The notes beneath the pieces were generated by a model, which saw only the letters and a list, made by a program, of their open reading frames with translations, was not told the DNA's origin and did not search any database. Shown here in pieces: positions 18,644 to 28,930 of a stretch of DNA of 64,000 bases. The DNA is from Candidatus Obscuribacterales bacterium (lineage in GTDB: Bacteria > Cyanobacteriota > Vampirovibrionia > Obscuribacterales > Obscuribacteraceae), in NCBI GenBank assembly GCA_965228855.1, contig CBDDIJ010000003.1:640001-704000 (forward strand), written 5' to 3'. Position 1 is the first letter of the stretch. Each line of letters begins with the position of its first letter. Position numbers and translations under genes: made by a program.

Positions 18644-19726
18644 ATGTCCGGACAAGCAGAAGCTAAAGAAGAAAACAAAAATTCTGAGGCGGCTATCGGC
18701 TTCTTTGAACGCTGGCTGACCCTCTGGGTTTTTCTCTGCATCGCTGCAGGTATTATTCTTGGCCAACTTCTGCCTGAGCCAGTCAAGTTCATTGGGTCTC
18801 TTGAAGTTGCCAGAGTGAACATTCCGGTAGGTTTGCTGATCTGGCTGATGATCATACCAATGCTTTTGAAAATCGACTTCGGTGCTCTAGGACAAGTGAA
18901 GGAACATTGGAAAGGCATAGCTGTAACGCTGTTCATAAACTGGGCAGTTAAGCCATTTTCCATGGCTCTTCTTGCATATGTATTTATTCGTGTTCTTTTC
19001 GCGCCGCTTTTACCTGCGGATCAGCTCGATAGCTATGTCGCCGGTTTGATTCTTCTTGCTGCTGCACCATGCACCGCGATGGTCTTCGTCTGGAGCCAAC
19101 TCACAAAGGGCGATCCGTACTTCACTCTTTCGCAAGTTGCCGTAAACGACGTCATCATGATCTTTGCGTTCGCGCCAATTGTCGGGCTTCTGTTGGGACT
19201 TTCTTCAATAACTGTGCCGTGGGACACGCTGCTCATGTCTGTTGGACTGTACATCGTGATCCCGGTCTTTATTGCACAAGCATGGCGAGGTGTATTGTTG
19301 AAATCAGGGCAGAGCGCGTTTGATAAAACTCTCGCGTTCCTTCAGCCAGTCTCGCTCTCTGCATTGCTTATTACGTTGGTTCTATTATTTGCATTTCAGG
19401 GAGAAGCAATACTAAAACAACCGCTCGTCATCGCGATGCTTGCCGTGCCTATTCTGATTCAGGTTTTCTTCAACTCCTCAGTCGCTTACTTATTGAACAG
19501 GAGGCTTGGCGTCGCGCACTCCGTTGCGTGCCCATCAGCCTTAATCGGAGCAAGCAATTTTTTCGAGCTTGCCGTAGCTACAGCAATCAGCCTCTTTGGC
19601 TTTCATTCCGGCGCTGCTCTAGCCACCGTAGTTGGTGTCTTGATTGAAGTTCCGGTTATGCTCGCCGTTGTTCGCATCGTCAACAGTAGTAGAAACTGGT
19701 ATGAACAAGGACTTGCACACAAGTAG
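18644..19726 (+). CDS. acr3: Arsenite efflux transporter Acr3
   Basis: FERWLTLWV, AAPCTAMVFVW, GASNFFELAVA and GVLIEVP motifs. Confidence 0.96.
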   Translation: MSGQAEAKEENKNSEAAIGFFERWLTLWVFLCIAAGIILGQLLPEPVKFIGSLEVARVNIPVGLLIWLMIIPMLLKIDFGALGQVKEHWKGIAVTLFINWAVKPFSMALLAYVFIRVLFAPLLPADQLDSYVAGLILLAAAPCTAMVFVWSQLTKGDPYFTLSQVAVNDVIMIFAFAPIVGLLLGLSSITVPWDTLLMSVGLYIVIPVFIAQAWRGVLLKSGQSAFDKTLAFLQPVSLSALLITLVLLFAFQGEAILKQPLVIAMLAVPILIQVFFNSSVAYLLNRRLGVAHSVACPSALIGASNFFELAVATAISLFGFHSGAALATVVGVLIEVPVMLAVVRIVNSSRNWYEQGLAHK

Positions 19727-19761
19727 AAGGATGATACAGCCTTTGTTTCTGGCAAGCCCAT

Positions 19762-21390
19762 TTAAGCCATCTCTACATTATTGAGAGTGAACGAAAACGT
19801 GCTTCCCTTGCCGACTTCGCTATCGCACCAGAGTTTGCCTCCATGTGATTCGATGATCTTGCTACAGAGATAAAGCCCCAGACCCGTACTCGCGTAGTAT
19901 CGACCTCCGGATGATGCCTGCCAGAATCTCTGAAATAATTTAGGTTTGTCCGCATCTGAGATGCCCTTGCCTGTGTCCGTTACGGAAACTGTTGTCATTT
20001 GTTCGTCCTGAGCTAAATCTATACTGATTGAGCCTTTCGATTGCGTGTATTTGAGCGAGTTGTCGATAAGGTTTTGCATTACTCTGCGGATTTCGTCTAT
20101 GTCACAGATAACCGGAATGTTGCTTTCCGAAGATGTGAACGTCAGGTTAATCTGTTTCTGTTTCGCCAGAGGGGATAGCTCGGCCACTAACGTTTCGATA
20201 GAAGCAGGGAGGTCTGTCGGTAGCATGGTCAGCTGTTTCACACCGCTGTCGTATTTATAAACATCAAGCAAGGTGAGCACCATCTGGTACATAGCGTTGT
20301 TGCTCTGAAGAATAGTTTCAATAATGCTTCTCTGAGAATCTTGAATTGGACCGAAGTCACCTTCCATCAGAAGCTTCAGAGCCCGGTTCGCGGCCAGGAT
20401 CGGCGTTTTCAGATCATGCGTGAGGGTCGCAACGAAGTCTTCGCGTTGCTGTTGTAAGCGAACACTATCAGTTACCATCGTAAAGGTTGCCACCAGCGCC
20501 GATACCACATCATTCCTCTCCTTGATGGGCCAGATTGCCCAGTCGAAAAACGATTCATGATCGGAATTGAAAAATGTCAATTTAGCGGCTGATGCTCGTT
20601 TTGCCACTCCAAAATTGAGGGCTTCTTCCAGGTCCGAACGCGGCAGGTCTTCGCACAATTCAAATATGGATCGCCCAATAATCTGCTCGTCAGAGTCAAT
20701 AAAATTGAGAAACTCTGAATTTGCCTCTAAGCACTTGAAGTCTGGCGAAAGTCTGACAATGCCGATGGGTGCGTTTTCCACGATGCTCTTGCTGACGGTT
20801 CGTTCAGTCTCCAACCTCGAGATCATGTCCTTGTGTTCTCGGATCGCCTGAATTTTGGCGGTGTTATAGGTATCGATCGCTAAGCCCATATCAAAGAATA
20901 TAAGTTTGGTAAGCGAGTCGACTAGCCGATTTGAGAGTTCAGGATCATCTTTGAATTCCTCCACAATGAGTGTGCGCAGGTACTTGAGTGCTCGGTAGTA
21001 CGCCCCTAAGTACCAGCGTGTGTCCAGACCAATTCGATAGTGTGTCTTCCCTACAATCAGGCGGTTGTCAACGTACTCACGATCGTACTTGCCGCACGTC
21101 AGTTTCAGAAAATATTGGCGCTGTCCTGCCTTGGCTCGGTTTAAGATTTCTTCATTCGGAAAGAAACTAGCGGTGTCCTCGTGAGCCAGAAAGTGGTCGT
21201 AAAGGAAGTCCATGAGCCCGTCTACATTGCGAGCGACAAGCTGATCGAGAAGAGCTATGTTGGCCTCATCATCAGGCCCCAGTCCTAGCCACACTTTTCG
21301 GTTTTCGATCTCCTCATCAGACATCTCCAGGTGAATGTCAGGAATGGCTGGGTAATTATAGTCAGAGAATCTCGTAGTCGGCTCTGCCAT
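19762..21390 (-). CDS. Globin-coupled (protoglobin) PAS histidine kinase
   Basis: Globin sensor domain (FLYDHF...YVDNRLIVGKTHYRIGLDTRWYLGAY), PAS (ENAPIG), H-box THDLKTP, and N/G1/F/G2 boxes. Confidence 0.92.
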   Translation of the reverse strand: MAEPTTRFSDYNYPAIPDIHLEMSDEEIENRKVWLGLGPDDEANIALLDQLVARNVDGLMDFLYDHFLAHEDTASFFPNEEILNRAKAGQRQYFLKLTCGKYDREYVDNRLIVGKTHYRIGLDTRWYLGAYYRALKYLRTLIVEEFKDDPELSNRLVDSLTKLIFFDMGLAIDTYNTAKIQAIREHKDMISRLETERTVSKSIVENAPIGIVRLSPDFKCLEANSEFLNFIDSDEQIIGRSIFELCEDLPRSDLEEALNFGVAKRASAAKLTFFNSDHESFFDWAIWPIKERNDVVSALVATFTMVTDSVRLQQQREDFVATLTHDLKTPILAANRALKLLMEGDFGPIQDSQRSIIETILQSNNAMYQMVLTLLDVYKYDSGVKQLTMLPTDLPASIETLVAELSPLAKQKQINLTFTSSESNIPVICDIDEIRRVMQNLIDNSLKYTQSKGSISIDLAQDEQMTTVSVTDTGKGISDADKPKLFQRFWQASSGGRYYASTGLGLYLCSKIIESHGGKLWCDSEVGKGSTFSFTLNNVEMA

Positions 21391-21525
21391 GGCGTTTTGC
21401 CCCTTTCCTAAGAAGATGTCGTGCTCAACTCAGCGGGTCGTGATGTTGACATGAGGTGACCCTGACTATTTATTATCGCAATTCGGAAATATAATGGGGT
21501 CAGATGGCTGCACTTCTACTACATA

Positions 21526-22293
21526 ATGCAAGGCGAAGTTTTCATGGGCGAATCTCCTGGAAGTAATCAAATCAATGTTCTCCTGGTCGAAGACCATCAG
21601 CTCACCCGAATTGGACTGAAAACTGTGCTCGAGCGAACAGATGATATCAAGGTGATCGGCGAAGCCGAGAACGGCGAGGAAGCAATTCGGAAAGTCGGTG
21701 AGTTGAAACCTGATGTTGTCCTAATGGACGTGGGAATGCCGATAATGGACGGAATTGAGGCTGTCAATAACATTCAGCAACAGTATCAGAATGTAAACAC
21801 GATTATGCTGACATCTCATGATAACGAGCAGGATATCTTGGCTTCATTGTCGGCCGGTGCCAGTGGATACTGCCTGAAAGATGTTGATCCGCATCGTTTA
21901 TATAGTGCCATCAGGGCAGTGAACGGGGGAGATATCTGGCTGGACTCGTCTATAGCAAGCCGGGTAATGAAAATCCAGCAAGCTCGAATGATGAAAGCCG
22001 AAACAGGTCACAGTGAGCATGCCAGAGGTGAGACTGCCGTTCAGCATGCTACCGCTGGTGGTGCGGGTGTCAAAAATCAGCCACAGCTGCCACCCCTTCC
22101 GGACGCGCTTTCTCCCAGAGAGATGGAAGTACTCTCTCTACTCGTGGAGGGATTGTCGAACCAGGAAATCGCGGACAAGCTGATCATCTCGTTGGCAACC
22201 GCGAAAACGCACGTTCGAAACATATTGAATAAGCTTGCTGTCGATGATAGAACGCAAGCAGCTGTGCAAGCGATGCGCCGCGGTCTGGTTTAG
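21526..22293 (+). CDS. NarL/LuxR-family response regulator
   Basis: VEDH, VLMDVGMP, receiver Lys, and HTH LSPREMEVL...TAKTHVRNILNKL. Confidence 0.95.
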   Translation: MQGEVFMGESPGSNQINVLLVEDHQLTRIGLKTVLERTDDIKVIGEAENGEEAIRKVGELKPDVVLMDVGMPIMDGIEAVNNIQQQYQNVNTIMLTSHDNEQDILASLSAGASGYCLKDVDPHRLYSAIRAVNGGDIWLDSSIASRVMKIQQARMMKAETGHSEHARGETAVQHATAGGAGVKNQPQLPPLPDALSPREMEVLSLLVEGLSNQEIADKLIISLATAKTHVRNILNKLAVDDRTQAAVQAMRRGLV

Positions 22294-22325
22294 TACCGAC
22301 CGTTTCAATCCGAATTCTAGAACCG

Positions 22326-24743
22326 TTACTTAGATGGAACCGGAATTCGGCTGTCTTGTGCTTCTTCTCTGGCGATTAACAGGATCGTTTTGATAACGGT
22401 ATCCTCATTTAGTGAAATGCTGTCTATCTTTTGTTTCACTAAAAATCTGGTGAACTCCGGATAGTCGCTGGGCGCCTGTCCGCAAATACCGATTTTGCGC
22501 CCGCGCTTTTGTGCACCAGCGATTGCCATTTCAATCGCTCTGGTCACAGCAGGATTTCGTTCATCAAAAAGTTCGGCCAGACCTTCGTTGTCTCGATCGA
22601 CTCCCAGAATCAATTGAGTCAGATCGTTTGAACCGATTGAAAAGCCGTCAAATATTTCCGCAAATTCGTCGATTGCCAGGACATTTGATGGCAATTCGCA
22701 CATCACGTAGATTTCTAAACCATTAGCGCCTTGTTCCAAACCGTTTTTTGAAAGTTCGCGAATGACCTTTTTGCCCTCGGCAACTGTGCGGCAGAATGGA
22801 ACCATGAGTTTCACATTGGTCAGACCCATTTGCTCGCGCACCTGTTTCAGAGCTTTGCATTCCAGGGCGAACCCGTCTTTATAGTCGGGACTGTAATAAC
22901 GCGATGCGCCCCTGAAGCCAATCATCGGGTTGTCTTCGCTAGTTTCAAACTGTCGACCGCCGAGTAGATTGGCGTACTCGTTCGTCTTAAAATCAGAGAG
23001 TCGCACTATCACCGGTCTCGGATAAAATGCTGCGGCAATTGTCGAAATTCCTTCGGCGAGCTTCTGAACGAAATAGTCTGTTTTTGAAGAATAATGTTTT
23101 GTCAGCTCGACTATTTGTTCGCGAGCGTGTTCGTCGGTGAGTTTGTCGAAGCGCGTAAGCGCCAGTGGATGAACTTTAACTTCATTCGCGATTATGAATT
23201 CTTCCCGAGCTAAGCCGACTCCAGCCACCGGTAGTTTCGCCAGATTGAATGCTTGGTCTGGATTGCCCACGTTAACCATAACTTGGGTCGCGGTCGACGG
23301 GATATTTTCTAAATCCAAAATTTGTTTTTGAAAAGAAAGCTTGCCATCGTATACGATACCGGTATCGCCTTCTGCGCAGCTGACGGTGATCGCTTGACCC
23401 TGTTCTAAAACATCGGTGGCACGCTGGGTTCCTACGACGCAAGGCACACCGATTTCACGGCTGACGATGGCCGCGTGGCAAGTTCTTCCGCCTCGATTGG
23501 TGACAATCGCCGCTGCCCGTTTCATAATCGGTTCCCAATCCGGGTCAGTCATGTCGGCGACTAAGACATCTCCGTCCTTGAAGTCGACGAGCTCATGCAT
23601 TGAGTGGATCACGCGAACGCAGCCAGCGCCGATCTTCTCTCCAATTGATCTACCGGATAGAATGGCTTTGCCTTTATTTTCCAGTCTGTAAGACTCAATT
23701 GTTCGTCTGTTTGAACTGGAGTATACGGTTTCAGGACGGGCTTGAACTATATAAAGTTTGCCATCGTCACCGTCTTTCGCCCACTCGATATCCATCGCTG
23801 TCGAACGACCGAGTCTTTTTGAATAATACTTTTCGATCTGAACCGCCCATTCTGACAGTTTCAGAACATCTTCGTCGCTGATACTAAACCGCTCCTGACG
23901 CTCGGGAGCGACATCTATGTTTTTCGTGGTGCGAGATCCGTGTCCGGAGTAAATCATTTGCAGTCTTTTGGTACCGACTTTTCGACGCAAAATTGGTTTA
24001 AAACCCTGTTCGAGTGTGGGTTTAAAAACTATGAATTCATCCGGATCGACGCGGCCGGCGACAACATTTTCACCAAGTCCGTAAGCCGACGTAATGAGAA
24101 CGACGTCGCGAAAACCACTTTCCGTATCGAGTGTGAATATGACGCCTGCTGCGCCACGGTCTGACCTGACCATCTTCTGCACCGCGATTGCCAGCTTGAC
24201 GGACATGTGGTCGAAACCTTTGTCTAATCTGTATGAGATCGCTCTCTCTGTGAATAAGGATGCGAAGCAGTTTAAACATGCATTTAGCAGTTCAGCTTCG
24301 CCGCGTATGTTGAGAAAACTCTCTTGCTGACCGGCAAAGGAGGCATCCGGCAAGTCTTCTGCGGTCGCGCTCGAACGCACCGCGACGTCCGTAGCTTCGC
24401 CATACTCTTTCGAAAGTTGTTGATACGCTGCCACTATATCTTTGGCGAGCGCATCAGGAATTCCCGCTCCCTTAATCAGCGATCTCGCTTCTAAGGCCTT
24501 CTTATTGAGATCGTCAAGATCGTTTTTGTTCACCGAACCGAGCAACTGTACGAGCTTCTGGCGGATACCGCCCTCGTCCAGCAGCAGCGAATACGCATCG
24601 GCGGTTATGCAGAAGCCATTTGGCACGGAAATTCCCGATGATGCCATTCCGCGAGTCATCTCGCCAAGGGAGGCGCTTTTCCCGCCCACGAGCGGAATGT
24701 CGTCTATTGACACCTGATTGAACCAGCGAATAAAATTCGACAT
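22326..24743 (-). CDS. ppsA: Phosphoenolpyruvate synthase
   Basis: VGGK, AVRSSATAEDL, GGRTCHAAI and FSIGSNDLTQ motifs. Confidence 0.97.
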   Translation of the reverse strand: MSNFIRWFNQVSIDDIPLVGGKSASLGEMTRGMASSGISVPNGFCITADAYSLLLDEGGIRQKLVQLLGSVNKNDLDDLNKKALEARSLIKGAGIPDALAKDIVAAYQQLSKEYGEATDVAVRSSATAEDLPDASFAGQQESFLNIRGEAELLNACLNCFASLFTERAISYRLDKGFDHMSVKLAIAVQKMVRSDRGAAGVIFTLDTESGFRDVVLITSAYGLGENVVAGRVDPDEFIVFKPTLEQGFKPILRRKVGTKRLQMIYSGHGSRTTKNIDVAPERQERFSISDEDVLKLSEWAVQIEKYYSKRLGRSTAMDIEWAKDGDDGKLYIVQARPETVYSSSNRRTIESYRLENKGKAILSGRSIGEKIGAGCVRVIHSMHELVDFKDGDVLVADMTDPDWEPIMKRAAAIVTNRGGRTCHAAIVSREIGVPCVVGTQRATDVLEQGQAITVSCAEGDTGIVYDGKLSFQKQILDLENIPSTATQVMVNVGNPDQAFNLAKLPVAGVGLAREEFIIANEVKVHPLALTRFDKLTDEHAREQIVELTKHYSSKTDYFVQKLAEGISTIAAAFYPRPVIVRLSDFKTNEYANLLGGRQFETSEDNPMIGFRGASRYYSPDYKDGFALECKALKQVREQMGLTNVKLMVPFCRTVAEGKKVIRELSKNGLEQGANGLEIYVMCELPSNVLAIDEFAEIFDGFSIGSNDLTQLILGVDRDNEGLAELFDERNPAVTRAIEMAIAGAQKRGRKIGICGQAPSDYPEFTRFLVKQKIDSISLNEDTVIKTILLIAREEAQDSRIPVPSK

Positions 24744-24773
24744 TTTTTCTCTCCCTTTGTTATCTTCTTCGTA

Positions 24774-26426
24774 CTATTTCGCGAGAATAGCCGCCAGATC
24801 CTTTGATGGTTCAGTCACGAGCTTCAGTTGATAGCCTTCCGACAGAGTCTTCAAGATAGTTGGTGTGACGAACGCTGGTGCATTCGGGCCGATGCGAATA
24901 TCTTTTATTCCTAAGTGAAGCAGTGAGAGTAGTACCGCCACGGCTTTCTGCTCAAACCAGGAAATGATGAGCGACAGCGGAAGGTCGTTTACCGAACAAC
25001 CAAATGCGTTTGCAAGGGCGGAAGCGATAACGACTGCAGAGTGTGCATCGTTACACTGACCCAGATCAAGCAAGCGAGGAATTCCACCGATGTCGCCAAA
25101 TTCGATATCGTTGAAGCGGTATTTGCCGCAGCCGAGGGTCAAAATGACGCAGTCTTCGGGTACTTGCTCTGCAACTTCGGTAAAATAATTTCGTGCGAAT
25201 TCGGCTCCATCACAGCCGCCAATTAAGAAGAAGTGTTTGATTTTTCCTTGCTTCACCGCTTCAATAACTTTATCGGCGACGCTCAACACTGCATGGTGTC
25301 CGAATCCGACCGTGATACTTTTCTCCGGCTGATCGTCAGGGAAGCCCGGCAATTCAAGCGCTTGTTCGATCAATCTAGAAAAGTCATACGCTGCGACTTT
25401 CGGTATGCCTTCCCACCCAACAACATCTATGGTGTACAGCCTGTTTTTGTAAGACTCGGCAGGTGGTTTCAAACAATTAGTCGTCATGACTATAGGACCC
25501 GGGAATAGCTCGAATTCTCTCACCTGATTTTGCCAGGCTGTTCCGTAATTTCCTCGCAGATGCGGGAACCGTTTGAGAACCGGGTATCCATGCGCCGGCA
25601 GCATTTCTCCGTGAGTGTAAACGTCAATGCCTTTATCTTCTGTTTGACGCAATAGCTCAAGCAGGCTTCTCATATCGTGTCCTGATACGAGGATGCATTT
25701 ACCCTTCTTATGGGTTGTGAGAACCTGCGTCGGTACTGGAGAGCCGAGTGTCTCCGTATGAGCCTGGTCCAGCAATTCCATGACCCGCAAATTCATTGCA
25801 CCTGTTTTCAAACAAAGATCCAACAAGCGCGATTCATCAGGTTCTTGCTCGGCCAGGCAGGCGAGAGACTCGTGCACAAAAGCGAAGACTTGTTCGTCAA
25901 CATAGCCGAGCATTGCGGCGTGATGCGCATAAGCCGCCATACCCTTGATTCCGTAAACTGCCATTTCACGTAGACCAGTGAGGTCCGGTCCCTGATCCCT
26001 GATGCTGCCGAGGATTGAAATTGTATTGGCGAAATCAAGCAACTCCTGCTTTGTCTTGGGCACAACCCAGACAGCTGGACCTGAAAATTCGCGAGGATTT
26101 ACACCTCTTGCCTTGCAAGCACACAGATACATTTCATGTGCGCGGTCGCGTAACTGACCAAGGTATTCGATATATTTGACGTGCTCATCCTCGTCGAAGT
26201 TGACGTTGGTGAGCGTCATGAATAGGGCTGCCAGTGTGGTCTCGTTAATACGTTCATCAGTGGTTCCCAGGAGCCTGGCTTCATGAGCGTATACGGAAAT
26301 TCCTTTGACAAGATAGATGATGACGTCTTGCAGATTCGCCGTTTCCGTTGTTTTTCCACAAACACCGAGGCTGGTGCACGCTACACACTGTGCCGTTTGC
26401 TCACACTGGTAACAGAACATACTCAT
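24774..26426 (-). CDS. hcp: Hybrid cluster protein (hydroxylamine/NO reductase)
   Basis: MFCYQCEQT...C...GVCGK, SGHD, THGEMLPAH, GGCDG, GQCND and SWFEQKAV motifs. Confidence 0.97.
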   Translation of the reverse strand: MSMFCYQCEQTAQCVACTSLGVCGKTTETANLQDVIIYLVKGISVYAHEARLLGTTDERINETTLAALFMTLTNVNFDEDEHVKYIEYLGQLRDRAHEMYLCACKARGVNPREFSGPAVWVVPKTKQELLDFANTISILGSIRDQGPDLTGLREMAVYGIKGMAAYAHHAAMLGYVDEQVFAFVHESLACLAEQEPDESRLLDLCLKTGAMNLRVMELLDQAHTETLGSPVPTQVLTTHKKGKCILVSGHDMRSLLELLRQTEDKGIDVYTHGEMLPAHGYPVLKRFPHLRGNYGTAWQNQVREFELFPGPIVMTTNCLKPPAESYKNRLYTIDVVGWEGIPKVAAYDFSRLIEQALELPGFPDDQPEKSITVGFGHHAVLSVADKVIEAVKQGKIKHFFLIGGCDGAEFARNYFTEVAEQVPEDCVILTLGCGKYRFNDIEFGDIGGIPRLLDLGQCNDAHSAVVIASALANAFGCSVNDLPLSLIISWFEQKAVAVLLSLLHLGIKDIRIGPNAPAFVTPTILKTLSEGYQLKLVTEPSKDLAAILAK

Positions 26427-26519
26427 TTATAAAACCTCGCAATAGCTCATTTTGTAATCGTCGCAAATCAGCCGCTCCTACGGAATTAGTCGAAAGGATG
26501 ATTCTTTGCCTGATGAGAC

Positions 26520-27440
26520 TCAGGCGATCAGATACAGACCGCTTTTTCTGAGTCTTTTGGATTTTGTCACTTCGGTCGTGCAATGCGTATGCATTGCAAC
26601 TCCTTCAGAGACGCTACCAAGCACGAGTTTCTCGAAGCTTTGTTTGCCATGTGAACCGAGCATGATCAGGTCTGCCGGCCACTCTGCTGCATATTCGAGA
26701 ATCCGCTCTTTCGGATCACCTAATAAAACCTGACCGTTCGCGACCTTTTGCTCGTACTTCGTGTTGATTATGTCTGCCACTGAGTTTATCCATTCTTGAT
26801 GTTTGCGAACGACTTCATTGAAGCTGTCCACGATGTTCTCAACGGCTAGGGTGTCGTCATCCAAAAACAGACCGGGCCCCAGGTTTGGTACAACGTGAAT
26901 ACAAGTGAATCTGGTGTTTTCAGCCCATGGAAAAGAGAGCACATGGTCCAATAAATGTTTCGAGTGTTCGGACTCTTCGAGTGCTATAAGAACGTTGTTA
27001 CGCGTCGTGTCAGAAGTCGGTTGCGGTGTAGCGCGTACGATTCGCACCGCACATGGTGCATGAAGAAGTAGGCCACGAGATACGCTGCCTAAGAAGAACC
27101 GTTTAACGCCGCTGCGTCCGTGTGATCCTACTACGAGTAAATCTGCAAGCCAATTTCTGCATAGTTTAAGAATTGCGTCTACGGCGAAGCCGTCGAGTAT
27201 ATCCGCGCTGATGTCAGCATCAGGATGTGCAGCAGCCAGTTCCGTCACCGCTTCCTGGACCAGCTCGTTCGCCTTTCGATATTCTCGCAGTTGTACGTCA
27301 GGTAAGGCTGTGAAGGGGTGCCACAGGTCTACTGCAGTCGCTACTTTAATTTCCGTGCCCACCGGACAGACCATTGACTTTAGCCCTCTAAGGGCTTCGC
27401 GCGAACAGGCAGAGCCATCGGTCGCAAATACAATTCTCAT
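26520..27440 (-). CDS. Tandem-domain universal stress protein
   Basis: Two USP domains, each with GSHG...LGSVS. Confidence 0.93.
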   Translation of the reverse strand: MRIVFATDGSACSREALRGLKSMVCPVGTEIKVATAVDLWHPFTALPDVQLREYRKANELVQEAVTELAAAHPDADISADILDGFAVDAILKLCRNWLADLLVVGSHGRSGVKRFFLGSVSRGLLLHAPCAVRIVRATPQPTSDTTRNNVLIALEESEHSKHLLDHVLSFPWAENTRFTCIHVVPNLGPGLFLDDDTLAVENIVDSFNEVVRKHQEWINSVADIINTKYEQKVANGQVLLGDPKERILEYAAEWPADLIMLGSHGKQSFEKLVLGSVSEGVAMHTHCTTEVTKSKRLRKSGLYLIA

Positions 27441-27583
27441 ACAAGACCCCTTTCACAATCCAGTGCATTCAGCTCGTGCGTCGTCGCGTTATTTCTTCCT
27501 GGGCGATCGTACATCTGGATATAGCATCGCAAAAGTACGAAGATGAGCGCATCATCCCAGCGACGTATTCGTGAGCTCAGGCG

Positions 27584-28924
27584 TTAAGTAATCCTTAGCG
27601 AGACCATGTGGGTCGCGCATGTGTTGCAAGGGTCGTATGCGCGAACAAGAGTCTCCAGATTTGCACGAAGATTGGTTGCAATTTCATCTGATTCTGACGG
27701 CAGTAATTGCGAAACCACTTCTTGAATGTCACGTTCTATTCTGTACGTGTTTTGTGCTGAGGGTGTGACCATATCAGCTTTCGACACTTTACCATTATCG
27801 TCAATCTCGTAGTAATGGTAAAGTGTTCCCCTTGGGCACTCGACTGTTCCACAGCCACTACCAGCAGTGGCGTCAAGTTTTACGCGTGTATGTTGGCGAG
27901 CGTCAAAGGTGTTCCAGACATCCGCAGTTCTTTCCAGTTCAGCTACGATACTGACGGCACGGTGAAACGCTTCCACAATTTCAATCGCCTGCGCCAAGTT
28001 ATTCCAGATCGTATTGTTATCGCCTTTTGACATGGCACTGGAGCCGTAGATACTCTTCGCCTCACCGGTCAGGAGGCTTCCAAAGAGAGCCAACCTCGCC
28101 ATTGATCCAACCATTATCGGTTGACCGTTGACGGATGATCGTTTCGCGTGACTATGCGACACCGCTTCTTCTTTAAGGTAGCTTTTGTACTCGTTGACGT
28201 CGCATTCGAAACCGCTGGTTGCGCGGATTTTTGTACCAAAGTATCCGTAGTGATCACTTTCGGGAATTAGAGCGAAAAAAATCGGTTCACTGGTTCTCCT
28301 TACACTGGGAGGGAACCGCATTAAAACCTCGCAGGTTCGAATTGTCAATTGCAGATTTTCCTGAAGGAGTGATTTGATCTGCAGAAGACTTTCGAGTTGC
28401 GGAAAGCTTGAGAAACCGCCGACATGCAAGTTTACGGGATGGAACGGGCGTCCTCCTATAGTGGTTTGAATTAAGGCTCCGATGTTCCGCAAGGAGGTCC
28501 ATGCTTTAAATTCTTCCGTATGTTCCGAAGCAAACTTATGGACGTTATCGAAACCAAGGAAATCGGGCAATGCAAGTGCATAGATGTGCGTAGCGTTCGA
28601 CTCAATGATCATACCGAGGTGCATTAACTCTCTAAGGAGAGAAACTGTTGCGCTCGGCGTAAAGCCTGCAATTCGCTCAACCGCTCTGATGGCGGCTATA
28701 ACGTGTCCGGTGGAGCAAATTGCACAGACCCTGGAAGTTATGTGCGGAATCTCGTCTTGATGATGCCCCACAATCAGTCGTTCGAAAAACCTTGTTCCTT
28801 CAAATACATCAAGTTTTACTTGAGTGACTTTGTCGCCTTCAATTTCGACATGCACTGCTGAGTGCCCTTCCACTCGGCATATCTCCGAAATCTCGATCTT
28901 TTTCCTGGATTCTTCGTCTGCCAT
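27584..28924 (-). CDS. hydA: Group 3b [NiFe]-hydrogenase large (alpha) subunit
   Basis: RVEGH, L1 SRVCAICSTGH, ECPRG, L2 AYDPCNTCATH, plus a short cleavable tail. Confidence 0.93.
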   Translation of the reverse strand: MADEESRKKIEISEICRVEGHSAVHVEIEGDKVTQVKLDVFEGTRFFERLIVGHHQDEIPHITSRVCAICSTGHVIAAIRAVERIAGFTPSATVSLLRELMHLGMIIESNATHIYALALPDFLGFDNVHKFASEHTEEFKAWTSLRNIGALIQTTIGGRPFHPVNLHVGGFSSFPQLESLLQIKSLLQENLQLTIRTCEVLMRFPPSVRRTSEPIFFALIPESDHYGYFGTKIRATSGFECDVNEYKSYLKEEAVSHSHAKRSSVNGQPIMVGSMARLALFGSLLTGEAKSIYGSSAMSKGDNNTIWNNLAQAIEIVEAFHRAVSIVAELERTADVWNTFDARQHTRVKLDATAGSGCGTVECPRGTLYHYYEIDDNGKVSKADMVTPSAQNTYRIERDIQEVVSQLLPSESDEIATNLRANLETLVRAYDPCNTCATHMVSLRIT

Positions 28925-28930
28925 CGTTCC

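Noticed and set aside
19723..19734. GGATGA half-site after acr3
   Set aside because: It has no matching left half and lies between convergent gene ends, so it is probably chance.
27584..27650. Possible selenocysteine ([NiFeSe]) hydrogenase
   Set aside because: The L2 motif is DPCNTC with ordinary Cys codons and no in-frame TGA.
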